DNA of 64,000 nt from Pseudomonadota bacterium (GTDB lineage: Bacteria; Bdellovibrionota_B; Oligoflexia; Silvanigrellales; Silvanigrellaceae). Positions 28,281 to 37,990 of the stretch are shown here, in pieces (within the stretch, counting starts at the first letter, position 1; every line of letters starts with the position of its first letter). The notes below the pieces were generated by a model. That model searched no databases and was not told the origin of the DNA. It worked only from the letters and a program-made list of their open reading frames with translations. The position numbers were made by a program, and so were the translations under genes. The stretch covers positions 128,001 through 192,000 of the forward strand of contig JBDLRP010000039.1 of assembly GCA_039799905.1 (NCBI GenBank). The letters run 5' to 3'.

Positions 28281-29195
28281 CTAGAAAAGAAATTCGCAAA
28301 AGTTTTTCCAGTTCAGTTCAGCAAGTTCATCACTGGAAACTCCCCTGATGACCGCAGCCTCGGCAATGACATCTGTCAGGAATACGGGTTCGTTCATATC
28401 GGGACGACCACCGTCGGCGAGCAGCGGAGACAGGTCCGGCGAGTCGGTTTCAAAGAGGATTGCCGCCGCGGGACAATTGACAAACGCCTGCCTGACCCTG
28501 CGTGCATCGGGCCATGTCAACACACCGCCGAAACTTGCGAATCCTCCAAGTTTCGCCAACCAATAAACGTCCTCAGCCGGCCCGCCATAACAATGAATCA
28601 TGAATTTCGGCACTCCGGCCGCAAGCGCGGACTCAATCGAAGTGCGTGTCTGCTGCCAAGCAGATCTACTGTGAATCACCAACGGCAAACGCAATTCTGC
28701 CGACAACTGTGAACATTCCAAAAAGGCAAACTGCTGCGCACGCAGCAATTCCTGCTTGCTCAGCCAGCCCTCGAGCATGTTTTTGTTGGCATCGAACCCC
28801 GTCTCACCAATCGCCCAAATCCACTTCTTAAAGCGTTCGGCCACACGACGCATTTGCTGCGCATCGAAAATTGCCTGTGTCTCATCAAAACTACCGTCGG
28901 CTGCACGCCAGCGGCGAGCGATTTCCATTGGATGTAAACCCAGCGCAGGAAGTATTGCGAATCCATTTAAGTGCAACAAAGCCTGCTCAAAAGAATCGCG
29001 CCCATCGCAGCGAGCTATCACATCTGACGCAAAGTCAGAGAGAAGCCTTTCAAATGAGTCCCACCAGACTCCAGCACTGAGGCAGCCTCGCACTCCGCGC
29101 TGCTGTGCGCGCCCGCAGACCTCACGCCATTGAATCGCTGAAAAAGCATCAGCGTGGGCGTGGGTATCAAATAATATGAAGGGGTGAACGCTCAT
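28281..29195 (-). CDS. tatD: TatD family hydrolase
   Basis: DTHAH, GLHP, IGETG, IHSR, IHCY and ETDSP. Confidence 0.92.
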   Translation of the reverse strand: MSVHPFILFDTHAHADAFSAIQWREVCGRAQQRGVRGCLSAGVWWDSFERLLSDFASDVIARCDGRDSFEQALLHLNGFAILPALGLHPMEIARRWRAADGSFDETQAIFDAQQMRRVAERFKKWIWAIGETGFDANKNMLEGWLSKQELLRAQQFAFLECSQLSAELRLPLVIHSRSAWQQTRTSIESALAAGVPKFMIHCYGGPAEDVYWLAKLGGFASFGGVLTWPDARRVRQAFVNCPAAAILFETDSPDLSPLLADGGRPDMNEPVFLTDVIAEAAVIRGVSSDELAELNWKNFCEFLF

Positions 29196-30700
29196 CAGTC
29201 TTTCTTGGCCAAAAGGGATTCAATGTATCCCTGCGTGGCCGGGAAATAGTAACCGACGCCAAATGAGACAGAGTTCCATGAGGTAAAATCGAAATACCTG
29301 CTTCTGTCCAATGCGGCTTTGTTGAGACTGCCGAAACCATGGACACCTAATTGCAGAAATACGTTTTGTGAAACGTAGTTGACCCAATCAGCCCCGACGT
29401 GAATAAGTGGAAAATTTTTCAGTTTGCGGGTTTCGGCATCGCGCGACGTCGCCTTATAGAAACCTGTTCCAAGGCCAAAAAAACCGCGCACCGCCCCCGC
29501 TGGTGTGACAAATGACAACACTCCATCCAGCGGAATGGAAAGCGCGAATGCCCTAAAATCGCGTTGTTCAGCCGCTTCCGGATATTCCGAAATAAACGCA
29601 CGTCCCTCGGAAGTGTCTCCATCAATTGCGACCCGGTTGTGGATTGAATCAAAATACAACGACGGACCAAACTCAAAATCAACGTCCCAAGTCTCGTATT
29701 GGTCAGGATGCAAAACTGATGTGAGACTCAGTAATCCGACAAAACCCCGGTTCTTGATTTGTGTCTCGCGGTACGGAATCGAGGTTTTGTACTTCGGCGA
29801 GGGAGTTGAGGCGGATAATGCAAAACTGTTTGGCAACAGACGCAAAGAACGGCCGAGAGTCTGCATCAACAAATTGCTCTGCAAATTCTCAAAACTCTCG
29901 CGAGAAAACTTCTTTTTAAAAGAGGAAATCTGCTTCTTTGTGTAAAGGTCCCAAAGTCTGAACTCCACCTCGACTTGCCCTCCGGCCGGGTCAGCGAGAA
30001 CAACGTCGACTCCGCGGGTCGCTTGCGTATCGCGCAAGATTTGCACCAGCTGCCGCTCGCGGTGATTGCCGATGAGCTCAGAAAACAACTTTCCTTCCAT
30101 GGACGAGCGCCGCATCGCGGCAACCATATCTGCAGGACCAACAAAGATCGCACACTCACTGTCGAATCTGCGCGCGAATTCTTTTGCTTCTTCCATCAAA
30201 GCATACGATAGACTCAAGTCACTCTTGCCGGCGTAAGGTGGGATCACCAGAACAGGCGCACACTTCTCGTGAATCTCGGTTGCAACCGCCTCGGGCGGGT
30301 TGATGCTCTCGCTCACAGTGAATGGACACTCAAAAGCGTTTCCTGTGAAATAATCTGTTCCAATGGCGCCCGCTAGGAGCAAGCCGGCGAACGGCGGACT
30401 CGCCAGCACAAATGCAGCCAAACCGAGATTCCCCAAAAGCACGGTGCCGTAACGGAATTTACAATCAACCGAACGGACAGCAGAAAAATCACCCGATCCA
30501 AGTTTAAGCTCAAGCACACTGCTGCGCTCTGCCGCAAAGGTCACTGGAGTCTTTCCTGCAGCCTCGCCATTGACGATCAAATTTAGACCGCGCGGTTGCG
30601 AATCAAATGCGATGTGCCTTCGGGAACCGCCAATCGTCGCGCACCCAAGCAACATGCCGGAAAAACAGACTGCAATGATATTAATTTTCATGAATCTCAT
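29195..30700 (-). CDS. PEGA-domain lipoprotein with C-terminal beta-barrel-like region
   Basis: Lipobox LLGC and PEGA-like DSQPRGLNLIVNGEAAGKTP. Hydrophobic hairpin and a terminal strand SVSFGVGYYF. TGATG-coupled to tatD. Confidence 0.7.
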   Translation of the reverse strand: MRFMKINIIAVCFSGMLLGCATIGGSRRHIAFDSQPRGLNLIVNGEAAGKTPVTFAAERSSVLELKLGSGDFSAVRSVDCKFRYGTVLLGNLGLAAFVLASPPFAGLLLAGAIGTDYFTGNAFECPFTVSESINPPEAVATEIHEKCAPVLVIPPYAGKSDLSLSYALMEEAKEFARRFDSECAIFVGPADMVAAMRRSSMEGKLFSELIGNHRERQLVQILRDTQATRGVDVVLADPAGGQVEVEFRLWDLYTKKQISSFKKKFSRESFENLQSNLLMQTLGRSLRLLPNSFALSASTPSPKYKTSIPYRETQIKNRGFVGLLSLTSVLHPDQYETWDVDFEFGPSLYFDSIHNRVAIDGDTSEGRAFISEYPEAAEQRDFRAFALSIPLDGVLSFVTPAGAVRGFFGLGTGFYKATSRDAETRKLKNFPLIHVGADWVNYVSQNVFLQLGVHGFGSLNKAALDRSRYFDFTSWNSVSFGVGYYFPATQGYIESLLAKKD

Positions 30701-30719
30701 GAATCAAAAAATTCCGACG

Positions 30720-31421
30720 TTAGTCCCGCACAGCCGCGCCAACATATACTCCGGCCATCCGACGGGTGATTTTGAACTTCGGCCTAATTCTGAATTTTTC
30801 CATTGTCAGGGATGAAATACTCAAACCCGCCTGTTCAGTCGTCGTAAAGCCGTTATGCAACAATAAACCGAGTAATTCCTGCGGACGAATGAACTTGCGC
30901 CAATCGTGGGTACCGCGTGGAATACGTCCGGAAATCCATTCAAGAGCGACAATCATCCAAACAAACGAAAAGGCCGTACGGTTGATTGTATCGTAGAAGA
31001 ACAATCCCTGTGGTTTGAGAACCCGACGGACCTCCTGAAGAACCTTAGAGAGATCCGCCACGTGCTCCAACACATCAACACAAACAACGACATCAAAACT
31101 ACCGTCGGCAGCAGGAATAGCTTCTCCGGTTCCGACCTTGTATTCAATATTCAGGCCTTTCCCCGATGAATGTCCTCGAGCGACGTTGAGCAAAGGTGCA
31201 GAAGGATCAACGCCGACAACAATTGCTCCGCGCTCAGCCAAAAACTCTGACACAAAGCCGCCACCACAACCCAAATCGAGGACGCGTTTGCCTTTCCAAT
31301 CGCTCAAAGTGCGGTCAAAAAACTCAAATCGGGCGGGAATCATGTGCACGAGATCCTGAAATGGACCAGAGTCATCCCACCACGAATCAGCCATGTCGCT
31401 GTATTGCTGCAAATTGTTCAT
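30720..31421 (-). CDS. ubiG: UbiG-like SAM-dependent O-methyltransferase
   Basis: WWD..G, VLDLGCGGG, FDVVVCVDVLEHV, TINRT and GTHDWRKFIRP. Confidence 0.8.
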   Translation of the reverse strand: MNNLQQYSDMADSWWDDSGPFQDLVHMIPARFEFFDRTLSDWKGKRVLDLGCGGGFVSEFLAERGAIVVGVDPSAPLLNVARGHSSGKGLNIEYKVGTGEAIPAADGSFDVVVCVDVLEHVADLSKVLQEVRRVLKPQGLFFYDTINRTAFSFVWMIVALEWISGRIPRGTHDWRKFIRPQELLGLLLHNGFTTTEQAGLSISSLTMEKFRIRPKFKITRRMAGVYVGAAVRD

Positions 31422-31542
31422 TGTCAGAGTCCGCCCCGCGCGCCACGTTGGCAAATTGAAACCAGCTAGTATAAACCAGGCCGCCGGTGATTTTCGTAAC
31501 GGAACACCGCCGACAGGACCTGCTCATCATTCGGGAATCCAG

Positions 31543-33213
31543 ATGACGACTCAGAATGCCACGCGTGCGCTGTTTTTCCAACCCGAAGAGGAGCAGAAAC
31601 TCCGACAGCTGGTGGAGCGAAACCTCAATGCCGCCATCGATTTTCTCTCGCCCGATAAAGTGAATAAATTGCACAGCGATCTCAGCCTACCCGACCTCGA
31701 GGCTTTGTTCCGCGAGGTGGAAATTCCTGCGGATGGTCTTGGAGTCGACAAAGCACTCGATCAGGCTATTGAGCGAGTCGTCAAACATTCGGTTCACGTT
31801 TCCGACCCTCACTACATTGGCCACATGACCGGTGTGACGCCGTACTTTCACATGGGGCTCGAACTGCTGATCGCAGCACTCAACCAAAACGTAGTCAAAA
31901 TCGAAACCGCGCTCGCGGGCAGCTTTGTCGAAGGACAGCTGCTCGCATGGATCCACCGGCTGGTCTACGGAAAAAACTCAGACTATTACAAAGCTCGGAT
32001 GCACAAGCCAGACCTCTGTTTTGGCAACGTGACCAGTGGCGGCACGATGGGAAATCTCACTGCGCTTGCCGTAGCGAGGAACAAAAAGATCCCGCGCTGC
32101 CGCGACTGGGGAATCTTGGAAGCACTTGAGCGCATGGGTAAAAAGAAGGTTGGTATCTATGCAAGCCGGCGCGTGCACTACTCCATCCGCAAGGCTGCTT
32201 CGGTGCTGGGGCTGGGAACCCAGTCGGTGCATGAAATTCCAGTTGTTCCCTTCACAAATCGCATAGACATTGCGGCACTCGAACAAACTCTGGCACAACA
32301 TCAAGCTCAGGGTATTCTTCCGCTCGCCATTATCGGCGTTGCAGGTAGCACAGAAACGGGCAGTGCGGACGAACTCACACTGCTCGCATCAATAGCGCAA
32401 AAAACAGGTGCGTGGTTTCATGTGGACGCTGCTTGGGGTGGGCCACTGCTGATTTGCGAACAGGGAAAGAAGCTGCTCAAGGGTATTGAGTTGGCTGACT
32501 CAGTCATCCTCGACGGGCACAAACTTTTTTACGTACCAATGTCGCAGGGAATGGTGCTGTTCAAAGACGAGTCGGCGCTCGACGTCCTGCGCCACAACGC
32601 CCGCTACATCATCCGCTCCGGAAGTGTTGATTTGGGAAGAACGAGTCTTGAGGGAAGCCGCCGGTTTGATTCGTTCAAACTGTGGTTTGCACTCTGGGCT
32701 ATGGGCCGCAGGAATTATGCGGCGCTGATGGAACACTCTCTGGCGCTCGGACGCTCTTTTGCAAAGCTCATCAATGAATCGGAAAATTTTGAACTGACAA
32801 GCGAAGTCACAAGCAACATCGTCACATGGCGCTTTGTCCCGGCGAACTGGAAGAACAAGCTGCAAATTTCGCGCGAAGCGGTGAACGGGCAAAAAAATCA
32901 GCACGTCAGGGATTCCGCGCTGCAGCAAATTACCGCCATGCTCAACGAGACGACGGTGGAAATACAAAAGATTCAACGACAAAGAGGACAAAGTTTTGTT
33001 TCCCGCACAACACTTGAATCGGTCATGATCGGTTTTGACACCGTCGTGTTTCGGGCAGTGCTGTTTCATCCACTCACATCCTCACAAACATTGTCCGAAG
33101 TACTCACTGAGCAAAAGAACATTGGGGAGTCGGTGCTCGCCCGTGTTTGGCCCAAGTTTGAAGCGCAGCTCGCGGATTGGGAAAAGCCTCTTTCGCAAGC
33201 AACGGAAAACTGA
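31543..33213 (+). CDS. panP: Group II PLP-dependent decarboxylase, PanP-like aspartate 1-decarboxylase
   Basis: YIGHMT, LNQNVVKIET, SGGTMGNLTAL, FHVDAAWGG, DGHK (PLP Lys) and DLGRTSLEGSR. Confidence 0.75.
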   Translation: MTTQNATRALFFQPEEEQKLRQLVERNLNAAIDFLSPDKVNKLHSDLSLPDLEALFREVEIPADGLGVDKALDQAIERVVKHSVHVSDPHYIGHMTGVTPYFHMGLELLIAALNQNVVKIETALAGSFVEGQLLAWIHRLVYGKNSDYYKARMHKPDLCFGNVTSGGTMGNLTALAVARNKKIPRCRDWGILEALERMGKKKVGIYASRRVHYSIRKAASVLGLGTQSVHEIPVVPFTNRIDIAALEQTLAQHQAQGILPLAIIGVAGSTETGSADELTLLASIAQKTGAWFHVDAAWGGPLLICEQGKKLLKGIELADSVILDGHKLFYVPMSQGMVLFKDESALDVLRHNARYIIRSGSVDLGRTSLEGSRRFDSFKLWFALWAMGRRNYAALMEHSLALGRSFAKLINESENFELTSEVTSNIVTWRFVPANWKNKLQISREAVNGQKNQHVRDSALQQITAMLNETTVEIQKIQRQRGQSFVSRTTLESVMIGFDTVVFRAVLFHPLTSSQTLSEVLTEQKNIGESVLARVWPKFEAQLADWEKPLSQATEN

Positions 33214-33304
33214 CTCAGGCTGGACAGCAAATACCGATTGCTAAATGTCTCCAACTGCTTACACTTTGAACTAGTCGCCAGTCGATTTGCCTTGGAGGAT
33301 TTCA

Positions 33305-35881
33305 ATGGCTGATAAGAAAGCAAATGTCCGGACTCTTCCGTTGCTGCCCCTGCGGGAGCTTCTTGTTTTCCCGCACACGGTTGTGCCGTTGTTTGTGGGC
33401 CGCGAGAAGAGTATCAAGGCGCTCGACGACGCCATGTCGCGCAACCGTGAAATCTTCCTTGCCGCTCAGCGCAAGTCGAAGACCAACGACCCGACACCCG
33501 ATGAGATTTACGAGTTCGGGACCATCGCACAAATTCTTCAACTCCTGCGTCTGCCGGACGGCACCGTAAAAATTCTGGTCGAAGGCAAGCGCCGTGGAAA
33601 GATCAGCCGCTACGTCGAGAGCAATGACCTGCTCGTCGTCGAAGTTGCCGAAATTGCCGAACCACCAGGGCAGGCTGTCGAGAACGAAGCGCTTGTCAGG
33701 ACCGTCAAGGCGGCGTTCGACACCTACGTGAAGCTCAACAAAAAAGTACCGCCGGAAATGGTTTTCTCGATCTCTTCGATCGAAGACGAGAGCCGTCTGG
33801 CTGACACTCTTGTTGTTCAACTGGCAAATCTCAAGCTGGCCGACAAACAGAGAATTCTTGAGACTGTCGATCCGGCTAAACGGCTTGAGGAGATTTTTGG
33901 AATTATTCAATCCGAGATCGAAATCCTCCGGGTCGAGAAAAAGATCCGCGCGCGCGTCAAGCGTCAGATGGAGAAGACTCAAAAAGAATACTATCTCAAC
34001 GAACAGATGAACGCGATTCAAAAAGAGCTCGGCAACTTCGACGACTCCCGCACTGAAATTGCAGAACTCGAGAGCAAGATTAAGTCCAAAAAACTCTCGG
34101 ATGAAGCCCGCGAGCGTCTCAAGAAGGAACTCAAAAAACTGCGCGGCATGAGCCCGATGAGCGCAGAGGCCACGGTAGTGCGCAACTACATCGATACAAC
34201 AATTGGCCTACCCTGGGGTGAATTCAGCACACTCTTGCGTGACCCCAAGTTCAGTGAAGACGTTCTTGAAGCCGACCACTTCGGCCTCGAAAAAGTGAAA
34301 GAAAGAATTCTTGAGTATCTTGCGGTCACAAGCTTGTCCGACAAACTCAAGGGTCCCATTCTCTGCCTTGTGGGTCCTCCGGGCGTCGGTAAAACGAGCC
34401 TTGCACGCAGCGTCGCCCGCGCGACGGGACGCGAATTCGCCCGCATTGCGCTTGGTGGAGTGCGTGATGAAGCTGAAATCCGTGGCCACCGCCGCACGTA
34501 CATCGGAGCGATGCCAGGTAAAATCATCAACGCGTTGAAGAAGGCTGGTACAAGCAACCCAGTCATTCTCCTCGACGAGATCGACAAAATGAGTTCCGAC
34601 TTCCGCGGCGACCCAGCCAGCGCAATGCTGGAGGTTCTCGATCCGGAACAAAACTCGACGTTCAACGACCACTATCTTGATATGGACTACGACCTTTCGC
34701 AGACACTGTTTCTGGCGACAGCAAACAACCTGCATTCGATTCCCAAGCCACTGCTGGACCGTATGGAGATCATCACACTGGGCGGCTACACCGAACAGGA
34801 AAAGGTCAACATCGCGCAACGGCATCTGGTGCCCAAAGCATCGAAGTCCAACGGTCTTGAGGCCACCGGCCTGAAGTTTGAAGACTCCGCGCTTGAAGAA
34901 TTGATTCGCTACTACACACGGGAAGCCGGTGTACGCAGCCTCGAGCGCGAGATCTCGAGTGTCTGTAGAAAAATTGCGCGTCAGCTTCTCAAACAAAAGA
35001 CCAGCGCCGAGGCGACTGGAAAATCAGGCAAAGCGGAAAAAGCTGCAAAAGCTGCGGCCCAGACAGCGCAAGCTGCGACGCCTGCGACCCAGCCGGCTGC
35101 AGACAAGACGGCAACCCAGGCGACGCAATCGGAGATCATCAAACTGGATGGAATCAAGGCCGCGCCTGTGAATGATGCAACGATTCGCGAAAACCTCGGG
35201 CCACGCCGTTTCAGCATCAACGAAACGGGCGCACGCGACGAAATCGGCGTTTGTCAGGGCCTTGCCTACACGGAAGTCGGCGGCGACCTGCTCATCACCG
35301 AAGTGTCTGTGGTGACCGGCAAGGGCAACCTGAAGATCACAGGAAAGCTCGGCGAAGTCATGCAGGAATCCGCGCAGGCTGCTTTCAGCTACGTGCGAGC
35401 GCGCGCAGCGTTCCTCGGCCTCGAAGAGGATTTCTACTCGAAGATCGACATTCATGTGCACTTCCCTGAGGGAGCAATTCCCAAGGACGGTCCAAGCGCG
35501 GGTATCACGATGGCGACGGCACTTGTCAGCGCCCTCACCAAGCGGCCCGTCAGCCGTGACATCGCCATGACCGGCGAAATCACTCTGCGTGGACGTGTGC
35601 TTCCGATTGGCGGGTTGAAGGAAAAACTCCTTGCAGCGCACCGTGGTGGCGTGAAGAAGGTCATCATTCCACGCGAGAATGAAAAAGATCTACACGAAAT
35701 CCCAAAGAACGTTCTCGAGAAGATGACTGTCGTGGGTGTTGATCATGTGGACTCGGTTCTCTTCCACGCGCTTGCCTGGACCGAGACTGACGAGCTGCAG
35801 AACAAACTCAAGACCGCCGCCGAGCTCGCATCAATCAGCGCCACCCAGCGCGCCGCGACTCCAGAGGCATTGCGCCACTGA
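33305..35881 (+). CDS. lon: Endopeptidase La (Lon protease)
   Basis: [31 protein letters not shown] (catalytic Ser) and GGLKEK. Confidence 0.98.
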   Translation: MADKKANVRTLPLLPLRELLVFPHTVVPLFVGREKSIKALDDAMSRNREIFLAAQRKSKTNDPTPDEIYEFGTIAQILQLLRLPDGTVKILVEGKRRGKISRYVESNDLLVVEVAEIAEPPGQAVENEALVRTVKAAFDTYVKLNKKVPPEMVFSISSIEDESRLADTLVVQLANLKLADKQRILETVDPAKRLEEIFGIIQSEIEILRVEKKIRARVKRQMEKTQKEYYLNEQMNAIQKELGNFDDSRTEIAELESKIKSKKLSDEARERLKKELKKLRGMSPMSAEATVVRNYIDTTIGLPWGEFSTLLRDPKFSEDVLEADHFGLEKVKERILEYLAVTSLSDKLKGPILCLVGPPGVGKTSLARSVARATGREFARIALGGVRDEAEIRGHRRTYIGAMPGKIINALKKAGTSNPVILLDEIDKMSSDFRGDPASAMLEVLDPEQNSTFNDHYLDMDYDLSQTLFLATANNLHSIPKPLLDRMEIITLGGYTEQEKVNIAQRHLVPKASKSNGLEATGLKFEDSALEELIRYYTREAGVRSLEREISSVCRKIARQLLKQKTSAEATGKSGKAEKAAKAAAQTAQAATPATQPAADKTATQATQSEIIKLDGIKAAPVNDATIRENLGPRRFSINETGARDEIGVCQGLAYTEVGGDLLITEVSVVTGKGNLKITGKLGEVMQESAQAAFSYVRARAAFLGLEEDFYSKIDIHVHFPEGAIPKDGPSAGITMATALVSALTKRPVSRDIAMTGEITLRGRVLPIGGLKEKLLAAHRGGVKKVIIPRENEKDLHEIPKNVLEKMTVVGVDHVDSVLFHALAWTETDELQNKLKTAAELASISATQRAATPEALRH

Positions 35882-35916
35882 CATTTCCGGCCGTCTCTGC
35901 CGACCGGCAAAAAATG

Positions 35917-35956
35917 CCCTCTGTTAAGCTGTAAAGAGCTCAACGGAGGGTTTTTT
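35917..35956 (+). terminator. lon terminator overlapping the SD of the downstream kinase
   Basis: CCCTCTGTT-a-AGCT-gtaaag-AGCT-c-AACGGAGGG-TTTTTT, immediately before ATG 35958. Confidence 0.7.
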
Positions 35957-35957
35957 C

Positions 35958-37061
35958 ATGGATGTTGAATTTGTTGAGCATCTAAAAACGCAATGGATGG
36001 GAATGATCGACGCACTTGAGGATCCTCTCGTGCTGGTCGACGAAAACTTTGTCATCCGCAGACAAAACCGCGCCTATGTTGAGCGCGCTGAAAACCCCAA
36101 TCAGCTCGACATCCGCGGCTTTCGAGGCAAGAAATGCTACGAGGCATTTGCAGGAAGAACCTCTCCCTGCCCGCACTGCAAACTGCAGAAGTCACATCAG
36201 GACAGCATCAAATCGACTTGGCACAGCCGAGACATGTTTGCCGGACGCGAAATGGAAATCAGAGTCAGTCCGAACGTCGACAACGAAGATGGTGAGAACC
36301 TCACTGTTGTGCACTATCGTGATGTTACTCAGCAACGCGCATTGCAGGAGAGTCTCTCACGTGCCGACAAACTCGCAGCACTTGGCAAACTTGCCGGCGG
36401 AGTGGCGCACGAAATCAATAGCCCACTTGCAGGAATAATGGCCTTTGCACAAATGGCGCTGCGCGAGATGAGCGAAGACGACCCGCATCGCGACGACATG
36501 CGCGAGATCGAGTCGGCAGCACAGAAATGCAAGGTTATTGTCGAAGGGCTTCTCGGTTTCGCGCGGCAGGATTCACCGGAATCATTTGAGGTTTATGATC
36601 TAACGGAAAGCATTCATTCCACCGTGCGACTGTCGAGAGCCATCATCCGAAAAGAGCGCATCCAACTCACGCTCAACCTTCCGCAGGGGCCGGTCTTTAT
36701 CGAAGGGTCGCAAGGTCGTATTTCTCAGGTGATTCTCAACCTGATGACGAACGCCATTTACGCAATGAGCGACGGCGGAGGCGAGCTGGAAATCAGCCTG
36801 ATAGAACTCGAGACGAATGTCGAGTTGAAAATACGCGACACAGGTATTGGAATCGCGCACGAAAACCTGAAGAAAATCTTCGATCCTTTTTTCACGACCA
36901 AACCGATTGGCGAAGGAACCGGACTCGGTCTTGCCATCTCCTATTCGATTGTCACCCAACACAAGGGATCAATCGCGGTCGAATCTTCGGCAGGAATAGG
37001 CACCACATTTACGGTCGTTTTACCAAGACATCTTCCCAACGCGGGTGAAGTGACGACATGA
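35958..37061 (+). CDS. Cytoplasmic PAS sensor histidine kinase (NtrB-like)
   Basis: PAS domain with [16 protein letters not shown]-box AHEINSPL, N-box [19 protein letters not shown] and GTGLGL. Confidence 0.93.
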   Translation: MDVEFVEHLKTQWMGMIDALEDPLVLVDENFVIRRQNRAYVERAENPNQLDIRGFRGKKCYEAFAGRTSPCPHCKLQKSHQDSIKSTWHSRDMFAGREMEIRVSPNVDNEDGENLTVVHYRDVTQQRALQESLSRADKLAALGKLAGGVAHEINSPLAGIMAFAQMALREMSEDDPHRDDMREIESAAQKCKVIVEGLLGFARQDSPESFEVYDLTESIHSTVRLSRAIIRKERIQLTLNLPQGPVFIEGSQGRISQVILNLMTNAIYAMSDGGGELEISLIELETNVELKIRDTGIGIAHENLKKIFDPFFTTKPIGEGTGLGLAISYSIVTQHKGSIAVESSAGIGTTFTVVLPRHLPNAGEVTT

Positions 37062-37981
37062 TTGACATCAAAGACCTCGAAGCATTTCTGGCAATTGTCG
37101 ACGGCGGTTCAATCTCTCACGCCGCCAACGGCTTGGGCCTGACACAGCCTGCGATCAGTTTGAAGCTGAAAAAAATGGAAGCTGAGCTCGGTGTGAAACT
37201 TTTTCAGCGCACACCGCGCAGCATGGTACCGCTCCCCACTGCCGAGGGAATCGTTCCCAAAGTCAGAGAGATCTTGAATAAGTTTGACGGGATCAAAGAA
37301 ACGCTCAACGCAGAGGTCAGCGCACTTGAAGGCACCGTGCGGATCGGCTGTCTGATGGGTTGGTTCGATACACTCTTTTTGCCTGCCTTCGCAGCCGTTC
37401 ATCAATCGGCTCCGCGATTGCAAATCAAGCTTCATGTCGATCAAACAGAGAGTCTTCTCCATATGGTCGCACACGGGCAGCTGGATCTGGCCATCGTGGC
37501 GCAGCCTTTCGTTCATACCGAAGACGTCCATGCAGAAAAGCTTCTTGATGAGGAACTCGTGCTGTTTGGCCGGGCACTTCCGCGAATGAACAACAAAGAA
37601 GAGCGGCGCAAGGCACTGCTCAGTAGACCATGGGTCACCATGAGCATTCCCGACTCAATCGTCGATACCTTCTGGAATGAACTTTTCAACGGTCAGTCGT
37701 TCCCGTGGAATCAGGTGCAGGTTGCCGCTTGTCTCGACCACATCATAGCAATTCCAAAGATCGTCATGTCTCTTGAAAATGCACTGTGCGTGATCCCACG
37801 CCAGATCGTCGCGCAGGAAAGCCTTAAAAACGGCTTCGATATCGAAGGTGCCTCAATGCAAAAAAATGGACTTTTTTTGATTGCCCGTGCCGGTTGTCTT
37901 GAACTGAAACGTTTTGAGCTTGTCGCTGATGCGATGCGCACGCTTGCTCAACTGCAAACTCACTTACAGGCAGGTCACTAG
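37058..37981 (+). CDS. LysR family transcriptional regulator
   Basis: GSISHAANGLGLTQPAISLKLKKMEAELGVKLFQR. ATGA-coupled to the kinase. Confidence 0.93.
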   Translation: MIDIKDLEAFLAIVDGGSISHAANGLGLTQPAISLKLKKMEAELGVKLFQRTPRSMVPLPTAEGIVPKVREILNKFDGIKETLNAEVSALEGTVRIGCLMGWFDTLFLPAFAAVHQSAPRLQIKLHVDQTESLLHMVAHGQLDLAIVAQPFVHTEDVHAEKLLDEELVLFGRALPRMNNKEERRKALLSRPWVTMSIPDSIVDTFWNELFNGQSFPWNQVQVAACLDHIIAIPKIVMSLENALCVIPRQIVAQESLKNGFDIEGASMQKNGLFLIARAGCLELKRFELVADAMRTLAQLQTHLQAGH

Positions 37982-37990
37982 AAGCAGTTT

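Noticed and set aside
33302..35641. Long antisense ORFs opposite lon (likewise opposite nuo, glnA and rho)
   Set aside because: Typical antisense shadows of codon-biased conserved genes, with no motifs or SD.
36133..36185. Heme c binding site in the kinase PAS domain
   Set aside because: The motif is CPHCK, not CxxCH, and the protein is cytoplasmic.
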